A stretch of 30,095 bases of DNA, taken from positions 1 to 30,095 of the forward strand of contig JAPSGB010000052.1 in the NCBI GenBank assembly GCA_035063585.1. The letters are read 5' to 3'. The stretch's first letter is position 1, and each line of letters starts with the position of its first letter. The notes below the pieces were generated by a model. The model did no database searches and was not told the origin of the DNA. It saw nothing but the letters and a program-made list of their open reading frames with translations. The position numbers and the translations under genes are program-made. This stretch comes from Polyangiaceae bacterium. GTDB lineage: Bacteria > Myxococcota_A > Polyangia > Polyangiales > Polyangiaceae. Shown here piece by piece: positions 16,767-25,090 of this stretch.

Positions 16767-18343
16767 TGCGGGCTCTCGCCGGTGCTCGCGTGCCAAGCGC
16801 GCATTCGCCGGAGGTAGGTCCGCGACACCTGCGCCGGGTCGAGCTTCAGGTACTTGGCGATCTGTTGGATGAAGCCACGGGTGTAAACGAGCGCGGGGAG
16901 CTCCTGGAAACGCTCGCCCTCGATGGCGCGGAGGTGCGCGCCGGAGATCTTGGTGTGGTTCGCGATCTCCTCGATCTCGACGCCCTGGGACTCACGAACC
17001 TTGGCCAGCAGCAGCCCGGTGAATTCGGTCTCGGCGTTCAGCTCACGCGCGAGCTCCTGTCGGAGCATCGCGCGCTCCGCGGCGAGCGCGGTGTCGACTT
17101 GCTGGCTCTTCGCGGGAGCGTCACCGTCGTCTTCCGGAAAGCTCGAGAGGTCGTAGGCGCGGCGCCGCAGGGGGTCGAGCAGCGTGTCGTGCGCCTCCTC
17201 CACGCGGATCTGCTCGGCGCGCAGCTCGTCGTCGGTGAGCAGCGACGTGAGCGGCAAGCTGCCCGGCTGGTAGACGTCGCGGATCCGTTTGCATGCGCGC
17301 CGCAGCTCTTCGTCGGTGGCGGTCCGGTGCATCCAGAGGACCTCGTAGAGGTTCGGCTCGCTCGGGGACAGCGCGATGGGGGAGCTCGGCTTGGCGTACT
17401 CACGGCTGGTCGCCAGCGCCAGCAGGCGTCGCGCGATGCGCTCGAGGTTCCGGGCGCTCTTGCTGGTCGGGCTGTCGATGAGCAGCGGCCGGCGCCGCAC
17501 CACCGAGAGCCACACCGAGTCGTCTTGCTCGATGTGACCGACGTAGTCCATCTGCACGCCGAGGTAGCGCAGGGACATGTCGCACATGGCCGTTCCGAGC
17601 TCGCCGTCGGTTCGCAGGCGAACACCGTTCACGATCAGGCGCGGCTGCAGCCGCGCGAGCTCGTTCGCCGCGAGCTCTCCCAGGCCGGTGTCGAAGCGCG
17701 CCAGGGTGCGGACGAGCGCCTGCGGGGCCGGGAGCGGCGGGAGCTCGGCCTGCGCTCGCTCGACCAGGCGCATCTTGAAGCGGTCCTTCACCAGCGACCG
17801 GCGCAGCGAGCGCTGGAACACCGCCCGCTGGAAGCGATAGGTCGCCTCCACGCTGGGCGGCTCGGGCCCGGTGACGCACACCCCGAGGTCGGCCGAGAGG
17901 AAGAGGTCGAGGGTGGACGGTCCGGTGCCGGCCCCCAAATCGAGGATGACGTAGTCCACGGCCATCTGGCGGAGCCGCCGCGCCCAGCGAGGCTTCCTGC
18001 CCGGGCGCACCGGCGTCGTGGAGCCCACCGCGTAGAGCTGTGGCAGGAGCAGGAGCCCGGGCACCTGGGTGGGCAGCGTGGATAAATCCTCCTCCGCGAG
18101 CTCGTCTCGCTCGGTCACCGCGAGCGGCGGGCTCACTCCGAGCATCGTGTGGAGCTCGGCCCCCGCCGGGTCGGCGTCCACCAGGGCGACCGTCCGTCCG
18201 AGCTGCGCCAGGTACACGGCCAAGTTGACCGCCACCACGCTCTTTCCCACGCCGCCGCGGCCGCCGCCCACGGCGATCACGTGCCTCACCCCCGGCGGGG
18301 GAGGCAGGCTCCCGCGCTCGGGGGACCGGGCGATCTCGGCCAT
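16763..18343 (-). CDS. MinD/FlhG-like P-loop protein fused to a J-like domain and a RodZ-type HTH
   Basis: GGGRGGVGKS, LVDAD and VILDLGAG; NLYEVL...EEAHDTLLDPLRRRAYD; LLAKVRESQG...TKIS...LRAIE...VYTRGF. Confidence 0.85.
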   Translation of the reverse strand: MAEIARSPERGSLPPPPGVRHVIAVGGGRGGVGKSVVAVNLAVYLAQLGRTVALVDADPAGAELHTMLGVSPPLAVTERDELAEEDLSTLPTQVPGLLLLPQLYAVGSTTPVRPGRKPRWARRLRQMAVDYVILDLGAGTGPSTLDLFLSADLGVCVTGPEPPSVEATYRFQRAVFQRSLRRSLVKDRFKMRLVERAQAELPPLPAPQALVRTLARFDTGLGELAANELARLQPRLIVNGVRLRTDGELGTAMCDMSLRYLGVQMDYVGHIEQDDSVWLSVVRRRPLLIDSPTSKSARNLERIARRLLALATSREYAKPSSPIALSPSEPNLYEVLWMHRTATDEELRRACKRIRDVYQPGSLPLTSLLTDDELRAEQIRVEEAHDTLLDPLRRRAYDLSSFPEDDGDAPAKSQQVDTALAAERAMLRQELARELNAETEFTGLLLAKVRESQGVEIEEIANHTKISGAHLRAIEGERFQELPALVYTRGFIQQIAKYLKLDPAQVSRTYLRRMRAWHASTGESPQ

Positions 18344-18418
18344 GCCCCGGGATCTAACCCACATCCCGTCACGAACGCACTAGCGCCGATGGGCGGAGGC
18401 CACTAGGCTCCTCGGGCC

Positions 18419-19486
18419 ATGCTGACCTGGCGCGCCGCCGGGGCCTTCGCGCTCTTGGCCCTCCTGAACGCGAAGCTCACGACCTGCCGCTCTCCGGGCG
18501 AGGCGGGCAAGGGCCCGTCCCCCGGCGCGGAGGCCGCGACCGAGGTCGAGCTCACGGGCGTGGACACCTCGGACCTGACCGCGCGAGAGAAGCGCGAGTG
18601 GTCGGGCTACGTGTCCGAGCTGCTCGCGCCGTGCGCGGATCAGCCGGTGAGCATCGCGCAGTGCGTCAAGGAGTCGCGGGACTGCAAGGCGTGCCTCCCG
18701 GCTGCGCGCTTCCTCGCCCAGCGGGTGCAGCGCGGCAACGCGCGCTCGCAGGTCGAGGCCGCGTTTCGCGCCCGGTTCGCCGCGGATCAGGTGAAGCCCA
18801 TCGACGTCACGGGCTCCCCCTCGCTCGGTCCCGCCGACGCGCCGGTGACGGTGGTCGAGTGGGCGGACTTCGAGTGCCCCTTCTGCGGTCGCGCCGCGCC
18901 GGAGCTCGACAAGCTCGTGAAGGCGTACCCCGGCCAGGTGCGCTTGGTGTTCAAGAACTACCCGCTCAGCATGCACCCGCACTCGGAGCTCGCCGCCCGC
19001 GCGGCGATGGCGGCGATGAAGCAAGGGAAGTTCTGGGAGATGCACCACGCGCTCTTCGAGAACCAGGCGAAGGGCCTCGACAAGGACGCGATCGAACGGC
19101 TGGCGCGCGGCGTCGGGCTCGACATGAAGGAGTTCAAGGCCGATTGGGAGAGCGAGGCGGTCGCGGATCTGGTCAGCAAGGACCGCAAGCAGGGCGACGC
19201 GCTCGAGCTCGAGGGCACCCCGCTCATCTACATCAACGGCCGCCGCTTCAACCTCGACCTCTTCGACTTCGGCGAGGACTTGGCGGGCTGGCTGAAGCTC
19301 GAGGTGGCGTTGAAGACCGGGAAATCCGTCGAGCCGCTGCCCGTGAAGAGTGACTGGGTACCGGCGAGCGCCGAAGGCGGCGCCGCAGAGGCCTCCGCGC
19401 CGCCCGCGTCGGCGAGCGCGGCGCCCACCGCGCCCGCCCCGTCCGCGAAGGAGCCCCCCGGCAAAGCGCCGGAGCCGCGTCCGTGA
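18419..19486 (+). CDS. Exported DsbA/thioredoxin-fold protein
   Basis: GPADAPVTVVEWADFECPFC, FKNYPL, GKFWEMH and GTPLIYINGR motifs; N-terminal signal and four-Cys subdomain. Confidence 0.9.
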   Translation: MLTWRAAGAFALLALLNAKLTTCRSPGEAGKGPSPGAEAATEVELTGVDTSDLTAREKREWSGYVSELLAPCADQPVSIAQCVKESRDCKACLPAARFLAQRVQRGNARSQVEAAFRARFAADQVKPIDVTGSPSLGPADAPVTVVEWADFECPFCGRAAPELDKLVKAYPGQVRLVFKNYPLSMHPHSELAARAAMAAMKQGKFWEMHHALFENQAKGLDKDAIERLARGVGLDMKEFKADWESEAVADLVSKDRKQGDALELEGTPLIYINGRRFNLDLFDFGEDLAGWLKLEVALKTGKSVEPLPVKSDWVPASAEGGAAEASAPPASASAAPTAPAPSAKEPPGKAPEPRP

Positions 19487-20229
19487 AATCCAACGCGGAC
19501 GGCGGTGGGTGCTTCCCCACCGGGCGTCACTACCCAGGCATCGCGCACCTCCTCCGAGTCGTCACCATCGGCCTCGCGAGCGAGCATGGCTCCGGCACGC
19601 CCATGGCGGAGCTGCCGATCGTCTCGCTCGACACCGAGACCACCGGGCGCGATCCCGAACGCGATCGGATCGTGGAGATAGGCTGTGTGGTTTGGCGGGG
19701 CGGCGCGGTATCGGCGCGTCACGCCTGGCTGGTGAACCCCGGTTGTCCGATCCCCAAGTCCGCCCAAGACGTTCATGGCATCTCCGACGACGACGTCGCG
19801 GACGCGCCCGCCTTCACGGACATCGTGGACGCCCTCTTCGAGGTGCTCGAGGGCCAGGTTCCGCTCGCCTATAACGCGAGCTTCGATCGGGCGTTCGTGA
19901 GCGCCGAGCTCGAGCGCGCGGGCCGAACGGAAGGTCGGTTCCCGCCCGCCGCACGGGCCGAGGTCGACTGGATCGATCCGCTCGTCTGGGCGCGCGAGCT
20001 ACAGAAGCAGGAGAAGAGCCGCGCTCTCGGGGAGGTCGCCGCGCGGCTCGGGATCACCATCGAGCAGGCGCACCGGGCGACCGACGACGCCGAGGCGGCG
20101 GCGCGCGTGCTCGGCGCCTTCCTCGCCGACCCCCGCGTCCCGAGCTCCTACGGCGCGTTCATGCAGGAGCAGCGCCGCCTCGGCCGCGCGCAGGAGGAGG
20201 AGCGGGCCCGGTGGCGCAGCCGCGGGTGA
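19483..20229 (+). CDS. DEDDh 3'-5' exonuclease (DnaQ-like)
   Basis: LDTETTG, DRIVEIG, VHGI, AYNASFD and AHRATDDA motifs; GTGA overlap with the DsbA stop. Confidence 0.9.
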   Translation: MKSNADGGGCFPTGRHYPGIAHLLRVVTIGLASEHGSGTPMAELPIVSLDTETTGRDPERDRIVEIGCVVWRGGAVSARHAWLVNPGCPIPKSAQDVHGISDDDVADAPAFTDIVDALFEVLEGQVPLAYNASFDRAFVSAELERAGRTEGRFPPAARAEVDWIDPLVWARELQKQEKSRALGEVAARLGITIEQAHRATDDAEAAARVLGAFLADPRVPSSYGAFMQEQRRLGRAQEEERARWRSRG

Positions 20230-20300
20230 CCGCTCGGGAATCGGGCGGGGCCCGTCGATTGGCGCGCCGCGCGCTCTCCACTGTATAACGAGCGCGCCTC

Positions 20301-21704
20301 GTGACCGCGTCGCAGCCGCTGCCCGAGTTCGACGGTTGCCAGACCGTCCGACGGATCGCCACGGGTCCGATCGCCGATCTCTATCAGGCGATCCAGCAGC
20401 CTCTCGGGCGACAGGTGCTCATCAAGGCGCTCAGCCCGAGCATCCTGCCGTCGTCGCCGTTCGCGGCGACCCTCGAGCGTGAGGCGCGCCTACTCTCCGC
20501 GCTCCACCACCCGGCCATCCCGCGCGTGTTCGACTTCGTCCGACGCGACGCCCGCATGTGGCTCGTCCTCGAGTACATCGACGGCTGGCCGCTCGCCGAG
20601 CTCCTCGGAAAGCTCGGTCGCTTCACGCCGGTGTCGGCGACCGCCGTCGCGCTCGAGCTCGCGCGCGCGCTCGAGCACGCGCATCGGCATGACGTCGTGC
20701 ATCGCGGGCTCACGCCGGACACCATCTTCCTCACCCGCGCGGGGCAGGTGAAGCTCACGAGCTTCTCGGTGGCGGTGGACGAGCGGATGCCCACCGCCCC
20801 GGAGCTCCTCGACGGCGGCTCCGCCTCGAGCGCTCCGGCCTACATGTCGCCCGAGCAGATCCTCGGCGAGCCCGCCGATCCAAGGAGCGACATCTTCTCG
20901 CTCGGGGTCCTCCTCTTCGAGCTCTTGAGCGGCACGCGGCCGTTCGAGGGCACCGATGAGCGGAGCGTCGCCCAGCGCATTCGCCATGACGCGCCGACGC
21001 CCCTCGGGCGCCTCGCGCCCGGCGTGCCGAGCGCTCTCGAGCGAGTGGTGATGCGCTGTCTCGAGAAGATGTCGAGCGACCGCTTCCACTCGGCGGCCGA
21101 GCTGGTAGCGGCGCTCGAGGGCGCGCTCGACGACCTCGGCGGCGGACCGGTGCGCGCCCGCGCGCTCGAGGCGCTCGCGAGCGCCGGCCTGGTCGACGCG
21201 CCGGCGGGCGCCGGTGACGAGCCGCCGCAGTCGGTCGCGGTCGAGCGTCCTCGCACCTCGCTCGCGCCGGCGCTCCGCGGCTTGGTGGCGCTCTCCGCCC
21301 TCATCGTGGCAGGCGGCGCGGCGATCCAGTACTTCGCCGCGCGCAGAGAGGGAACCTCTCCCGCACGTGGAGCTCACGAGCACCTCGAGCTCACGCCCGC
21401 CAGCGCTGGCTATCTCCGGGTCGTGGTCGAGCCTTGGGCGGTCGTCTTCGTGGACGGCGAGAAGATCGACGTGACGCCGTTCGCGCGCGCGATCCCGCTC
21501 CGCCCCGGGCCGCACCACCTCCGCTTCGAGCACCCGGCGGCTCCCGCAGAGCGGCGCGAGGTCGAGCTGGTGGCTGGTGAGAGCGTGCTGGTCGACGTCA
21601 AGATGCGGGTCGCGGTGGCCGCCGTCGACGGCGGCGCGGCCGAGCCTTTCGAGCTCGACGCCCGAGCTACCGGAGACGCCGGCGATGCCGCGCCGTCTCC
21701 GTAG
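20301..21704 (+). CDS. Ser/Thr kinase-like protein with TM and PEGA-like domain (degenerate catalytic motifs)
   Basis: VLIK, REARLL, LEYIDG, YMSPEQ and RSDIFSLG present; HRD is HRG and DFG is SFS. Confidence 0.85.
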   Translation: MTASQPLPEFDGCQTVRRIATGPIADLYQAIQQPLGRQVLIKALSPSILPSSPFAATLEREARLLSALHHPAIPRVFDFVRRDARMWLVLEYIDGWPLAELLGKLGRFTPVSATAVALELARALEHAHRHDVVHRGLTPDTIFLTRAGQVKLTSFSVAVDERMPTAPELLDGGSASSAPAYMSPEQILGEPADPRSDIFSLGVLLFELLSGTRPFEGTDERSVAQRIRHDAPTPLGRLAPGVPSALERVVMRCLEKMSSDRFHSAAELVAALEGALDDLGGGPVRARALEALASAGLVDAPAGAGDEPPQSVAVERPRTSLAPALRGLVALSALIVAGGAAIQYFAARREGTSPARGAHEHLELTPASAGYLRVVVEPWAVVFVDGEKIDVTPFARAIPLRPGPHHLRFEHPAAPAERREVELVAGESVLVDVKMRVAVAAVDGGAAEPFELDARATGDAGDAAPSP

Positions 21705-21785
21705 ACAGGCGGCTCGCTGGCGCCAGCGCCGCGCCGAGCCTCGGTGGGTAGCATCCGCGCTTTCGCCGGTGTACGGAGCGCCCCG

Positions 21786-22592
21786 ATGGTGACGCCGAGC
21801 ATCTTTGCGCGCGGCCTGTTCGAGGGGCAAGTGGCGGTCGTGACCGGCGGCGGCACCGGAATCGGGCTCGCGACCGCGCGCGAGCTCGCCTACCTCGGCG
21901 CGAGCGTCGCCATCGGCAGCCGCAAGCGCGCGAACGTCGACGCCGGGCTCGCGAGCCTCTCCGAGCTGGGGGGCGAGCACGCGGGCTTCGAGCTCGATGT
22001 GCGTGAGTCCGAGGCCTGCGAGGGCTTCGTCGCGCGGGTCCTCGAACGCTTCGGCAAGGTCGACGTGCTCGTGAACAACGCGGGCGGTCAGTTTCCGATG
22101 CCGGCGATGCACCTGACCCCGCGCGGCTGGGAGGCCGTGATTCGGAACAACCTGAACGGCCTCTTCTACATGACCCTCGCCACAGCGACGCAGGCGATGA
22201 TTCCTGCCAAGCGAGGGCGCATCGTCAACGTGATCGCGGACATCGCGCGAGGGTTCCCCGGAATGGTCCACACCGGCGCCGCTCGCGCAGGCGTCGAGAA
22301 CATGACCAAGACGCTCGCGGTCGAGTGGGCGGACAAGGGGCTCCGCGTCAACGCCTGCGCGCCCGGCACCATACGCTCGAGCGGTACCACGCAGTACGGC
22401 GAGGGGACGCTCGAGATGTCACGGCGCGCGACACCGCTCAAGCGCCTCGGCACGGTGGAAGAGGTGAGCCGAGTCATCGTGTTTCTTGCCAGCGATCAGA
22501 ACGACTTCGTCACCGGCTCGACCTACACCATCGACGGCGGCGGTTCGCTGTGGGGCGACGTGTGGCCGATAGAGGATCCGGAGCTCCGCTGA
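21786..22592 (+). CDS. SDR oxidoreductase (PECR/AtuB-like enoyl-CoA reductase group)
   Basis: TGGGTGIG, VNNAGGQF and HTGAARAGV motifs; GGAG before ATG 21786. Confidence 0.88.
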   Translation: MVTPSIFARGLFEGQVAVVTGGGTGIGLATARELAYLGASVAIGSRKRANVDAGLASLSELGGEHAGFELDVRESEACEGFVARVLERFGKVDVLVNNAGGQFPMPAMHLTPRGWEAVIRNNLNGLFYMTLATATQAMIPAKRGRIVNVIADIARGFPGMVHTGAARAGVENMTKTLAVEWADKGLRVNACAPGTIRSSGTTQYGEGTLEMSRRATPLKRLGTVEEVSRVIVFLASDQNDFVTGSTYTIDGGGSLWGDVWPIEDPELR

Positions 22593-22630
22593 GCCCGGGC
22601 GCTGCCCCGCGGCGGCGACTCCGGGAGCGG

Positions 22631-24466
22631 GTGGTCGGATACTTCACCGACCAGGACCCGACCTTTGGGATTGCCTTCACGCCGGCGCTCGTCGTGGCCA
22701 CGCTCCTCTTCGTCCGGAGCCCCACCTCCAACTACATCTTCGACGAGCAGGAGGCCCTGCTCGCCAACCCCTACGTAAACGGCGTGAACGGGTCGTTCTG
22801 GGCCGCGGTGAAGGCGGCGTTTCAGTGCGATTTCTGGGGGCTGCCGCCGGAGCGAAGCATCGGGTCCTATCGGCCCATCCCGAACCTCGTCTGGCGCGCG
22901 CTCTGGCACGTGAGCCAGGCGCCCTGGCTCCACCATTGGGTCAACGTGGTCTTGCACGCGGTCAACGCCGCGCTGCTCGCGAGCTTCACCTTGGCCATCA
23001 CCAAACGTCGCGACACCGCGTGGCTCGCCGGGCTCGCCTTCGTGTCGTTCGCGGTGCTCACCGAAGCCATCACCGGCGTGGTCGGCATCGCCGACGTGCT
23101 CGGCGGACTTGGCGTGCTGCTCGCGGTGACGGCGCTCCGCTGGCCCATCTGGGCCATGCCGCTCGGCGTGCTCCTCGCCACCACCTTCGGCTTGTTCTCG
23201 AAGGAGAGCGCGCTCGTGGCGATCCCGGTGGTGACCTGGGTCGCGCTGGTGGCGGCGAAGCGGCTTCATCCCTCGCGTCCGCACCGCGTGCTCTCGGCGA
23301 CCCTGGCGGCCGCCGCCACGGTCGGGGCGCTGGTGCTCTACACGTACCTGCGCCGGCGCTGGTTCCCGGTGACGCTCCCCGCGAGCGTCACCGCCGCGCT
23401 GCCCGCCGACGCGCCTGCGCTCGAGCGCGCGATGCACGGGTTCCTCGGCTGGTTTCGGCAACCCATGCTTCCGCGGGACCCCATCAACAACCCCCTCATC
23501 GAGGCGGACTTCGCGCATCGCGTCGCGGGAGCGCTGCGGGTCTACTTTCGCGGCCTGGAGCAGGTCTTCTTTCCGTGGACGCTCTCCGGCGACTACTCGT
23601 TCCCGGCGGAGCCGATCCCGGCGCGGCTCGTGTCGCCGAGCAGCGCGCTCGGGGCGCTGTTGCTGGTCGGTCCGCCGCTCGTCGCGCTCGGCTCGTGGCT
23701 CCGCGCGCTCGTGCTCGAGCGTCGCGCCAAGGACTCGTCGTGGGCCGTGCTGCTCGCGGTGGGCCTGATGTGGGTGCCGATCGCCTACTTTCCGCACTCG
23801 AACATCCCCGTCCTGCTCCCCACGGTGCGGGCCGAGCGGTTCTGGTACTTGCCCGCGATGGGCATGGCGCTCCTCATCGCGCTGCTCTTCACGGAGCTCC
23901 ACCAGCGGTTGCGCTGGCGTCACGGCGCGGTGGCGCTCGGCGTCTCTTGCGTGTTCTTCGGCTTCCAAGCGGCTCGCGCGCGTCTCCACGCCCTCGACTA
24001 CACCGATGATCTGTCGTTCTGGAGAGCGACGCGTCAGGCGGTGCCGAACAGCGCGAAGGCGCAGCTCAACTACTCGGTGATGGTCGGCGCGCGCGGGAAG
24101 ATGGAGGAGCGGCTGACTTACAGCCGGCGCGCGCTCGAGCTCGCGCCGCGCTGGCCGATGGCGCACATCTACCTCGGCGACACCCTCTGCCGGATGCATC
24201 GCCCCGACGAGGCGTGGCCGCACTACGCACGCGGGTTCGAGCTCGGCCCGAACGATCCGAACCTCATCGCGCTCGCGTTGCAGTGTCTTTGGGACGAGCA
24301 CGCCGCGCACCGGCACGATGACGAGCTCCTCGCGCTCGCGCAGGCGCACCCGGGCTCATGGCTCGCGTACCTCGGCACCGAGCTCGTCCAAAATGGCGAC
24401 AAGAACCAGGGGGTCGAGCCCAAGTATCGCCCCCGCGGCTACAACGAAGGGCCGAAGCAGCGCTAA
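22631..24466 (+). CDS. TMTC-like GT-C glycosyltransferase with C-terminal TPR
   Basis: YIFDEQEAL, DFWG...SYRP, NVVLHAVN, SKE, NNPL, PWTLSGDYS and AERFWYLP motifs, then TPR-like repeats; start codon uncertain. Confidence 0.8.
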   Translation: MVGYFTDQDPTFGIAFTPALVVATLLFVRSPTSNYIFDEQEALLANPYVNGVNGSFWAAVKAAFQCDFWGLPPERSIGSYRPIPNLVWRALWHVSQAPWLHHWVNVVLHAVNAALLASFTLAITKRRDTAWLAGLAFVSFAVLTEAITGVVGIADVLGGLGVLLAVTALRWPIWAMPLGVLLATTFGLFSKESALVAIPVVTWVALVAAKRLHPSRPHRVLSATLAAAATVGALVLYTYLRRRWFPVTLPASVTAALPADAPALERAMHGFLGWFRQPMLPRDPINNPLIEADFAHRVAGALRVYFRGLEQVFFPWTLSGDYSFPAEPIPARLVSPSSALGALLLVGPPLVALGSWLRALVLERRAKDSSWAVLLAVGLMWVPIAYFPHSNIPVLLPTVRAERFWYLPAMGMALLIALLFTELHQRLRWRHGAVALGVSCVFFGFQAARARLHALDYTDDLSFWRATRQAVPNSAKAQLNYSVMVGARGKMEERLTYSRRALELAPRWPMAHIYLGDTLCRMHRPDEAWPHYARGFELGPNDPNLIALALQCLWDEHAAHRHDDELLALAQAHPGSWLAYLGTELVQNGDKNQGVEPKYRPRGYNEGPKQR

Positions 24467-24795
24467 GTCACCGATCTTGATCCCGCTACAGGCATCACGC
24501 GGCCTTGCAGAGCGGAGCCGCGCCCGTCACCCGACGCCAGACGTAGGCGGTCAGGTAGCCGCGGGCGTTGGCGAGGAGGTGATTCATCGTCTTGCAACGG
24601 TGCTTGCGGGTCACGTTCGCGTGCGGATCCTGCCAGACGCGTTCGATGCGGTTGGCGTCGGGCAGTACGGCGGCAGGAAGTCAAGCTCGACGCGGCCGCC
24701 GAGGGCAACGAGCGTGTCGCGGGTGACGTGAGCGGAGTGGATGCCGTAGTTGTCGATGACGAGATGGACGGCGTCGAGCCCTCGACTACGCTGCG
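24466..24795 (-). pseudogene. IS630-family transposase 3' remnant with element right end
   Basis: VHLVIDNYGIH...FLPPYCP, then a 1-nt frameshift near 24660 into DANRIERVWQDPHANVTRKHRCKTM...; stop at 24495; 5' part absent. Confidence 0.8.
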
Positions 24796-25090
24796 CGGTA
24801 ACAGTAGGGAGGATCCAGCAAGAGATGACTATGTGGGCGGGTCCCGTATTCGCGGGGCGCGTGGGCTGTCGATCTCGCACGTGCGTCTCAGAAGCTCACG
24901 CCGGGGCGATGCCGCGAGCAGTGAGTCGCCGGGCGGGCGGCGGCGTCGACCGCCTCGTGCGGGCCTCTCTTCAGCAAGATGCGGACGAGTCCGCTCCCGA
25001 GCCGGCGCACTCGGTCTTGGGCGAGCAGCGGGCGCTGGACGCCCCTGCCGCCGACGCACGCGCTCGCGAGACTCTCTGCAAGCACGTCGC

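Noticed and set aside
19483..21704. Exonuclease plus kinase as an anti-phage defence pair
   Set aside because: The exonuclease is an ordinary DnaQ-like protein coupled to DsbA in a core-looking region; no defence hallmarks
22260..22300. SDR lacking YxxxK (HTGAAR) as a possible dead enzyme
   Set aside because: H-x-G-A-A-R is the normal signature of the PECR/AtuB-like subgroup
24796..25090. Possible small genes or ncRNA between the IS630 remnant and the lipoprotein
   Set aside because: No recognisable motifs or structure that can be supported from the sequence
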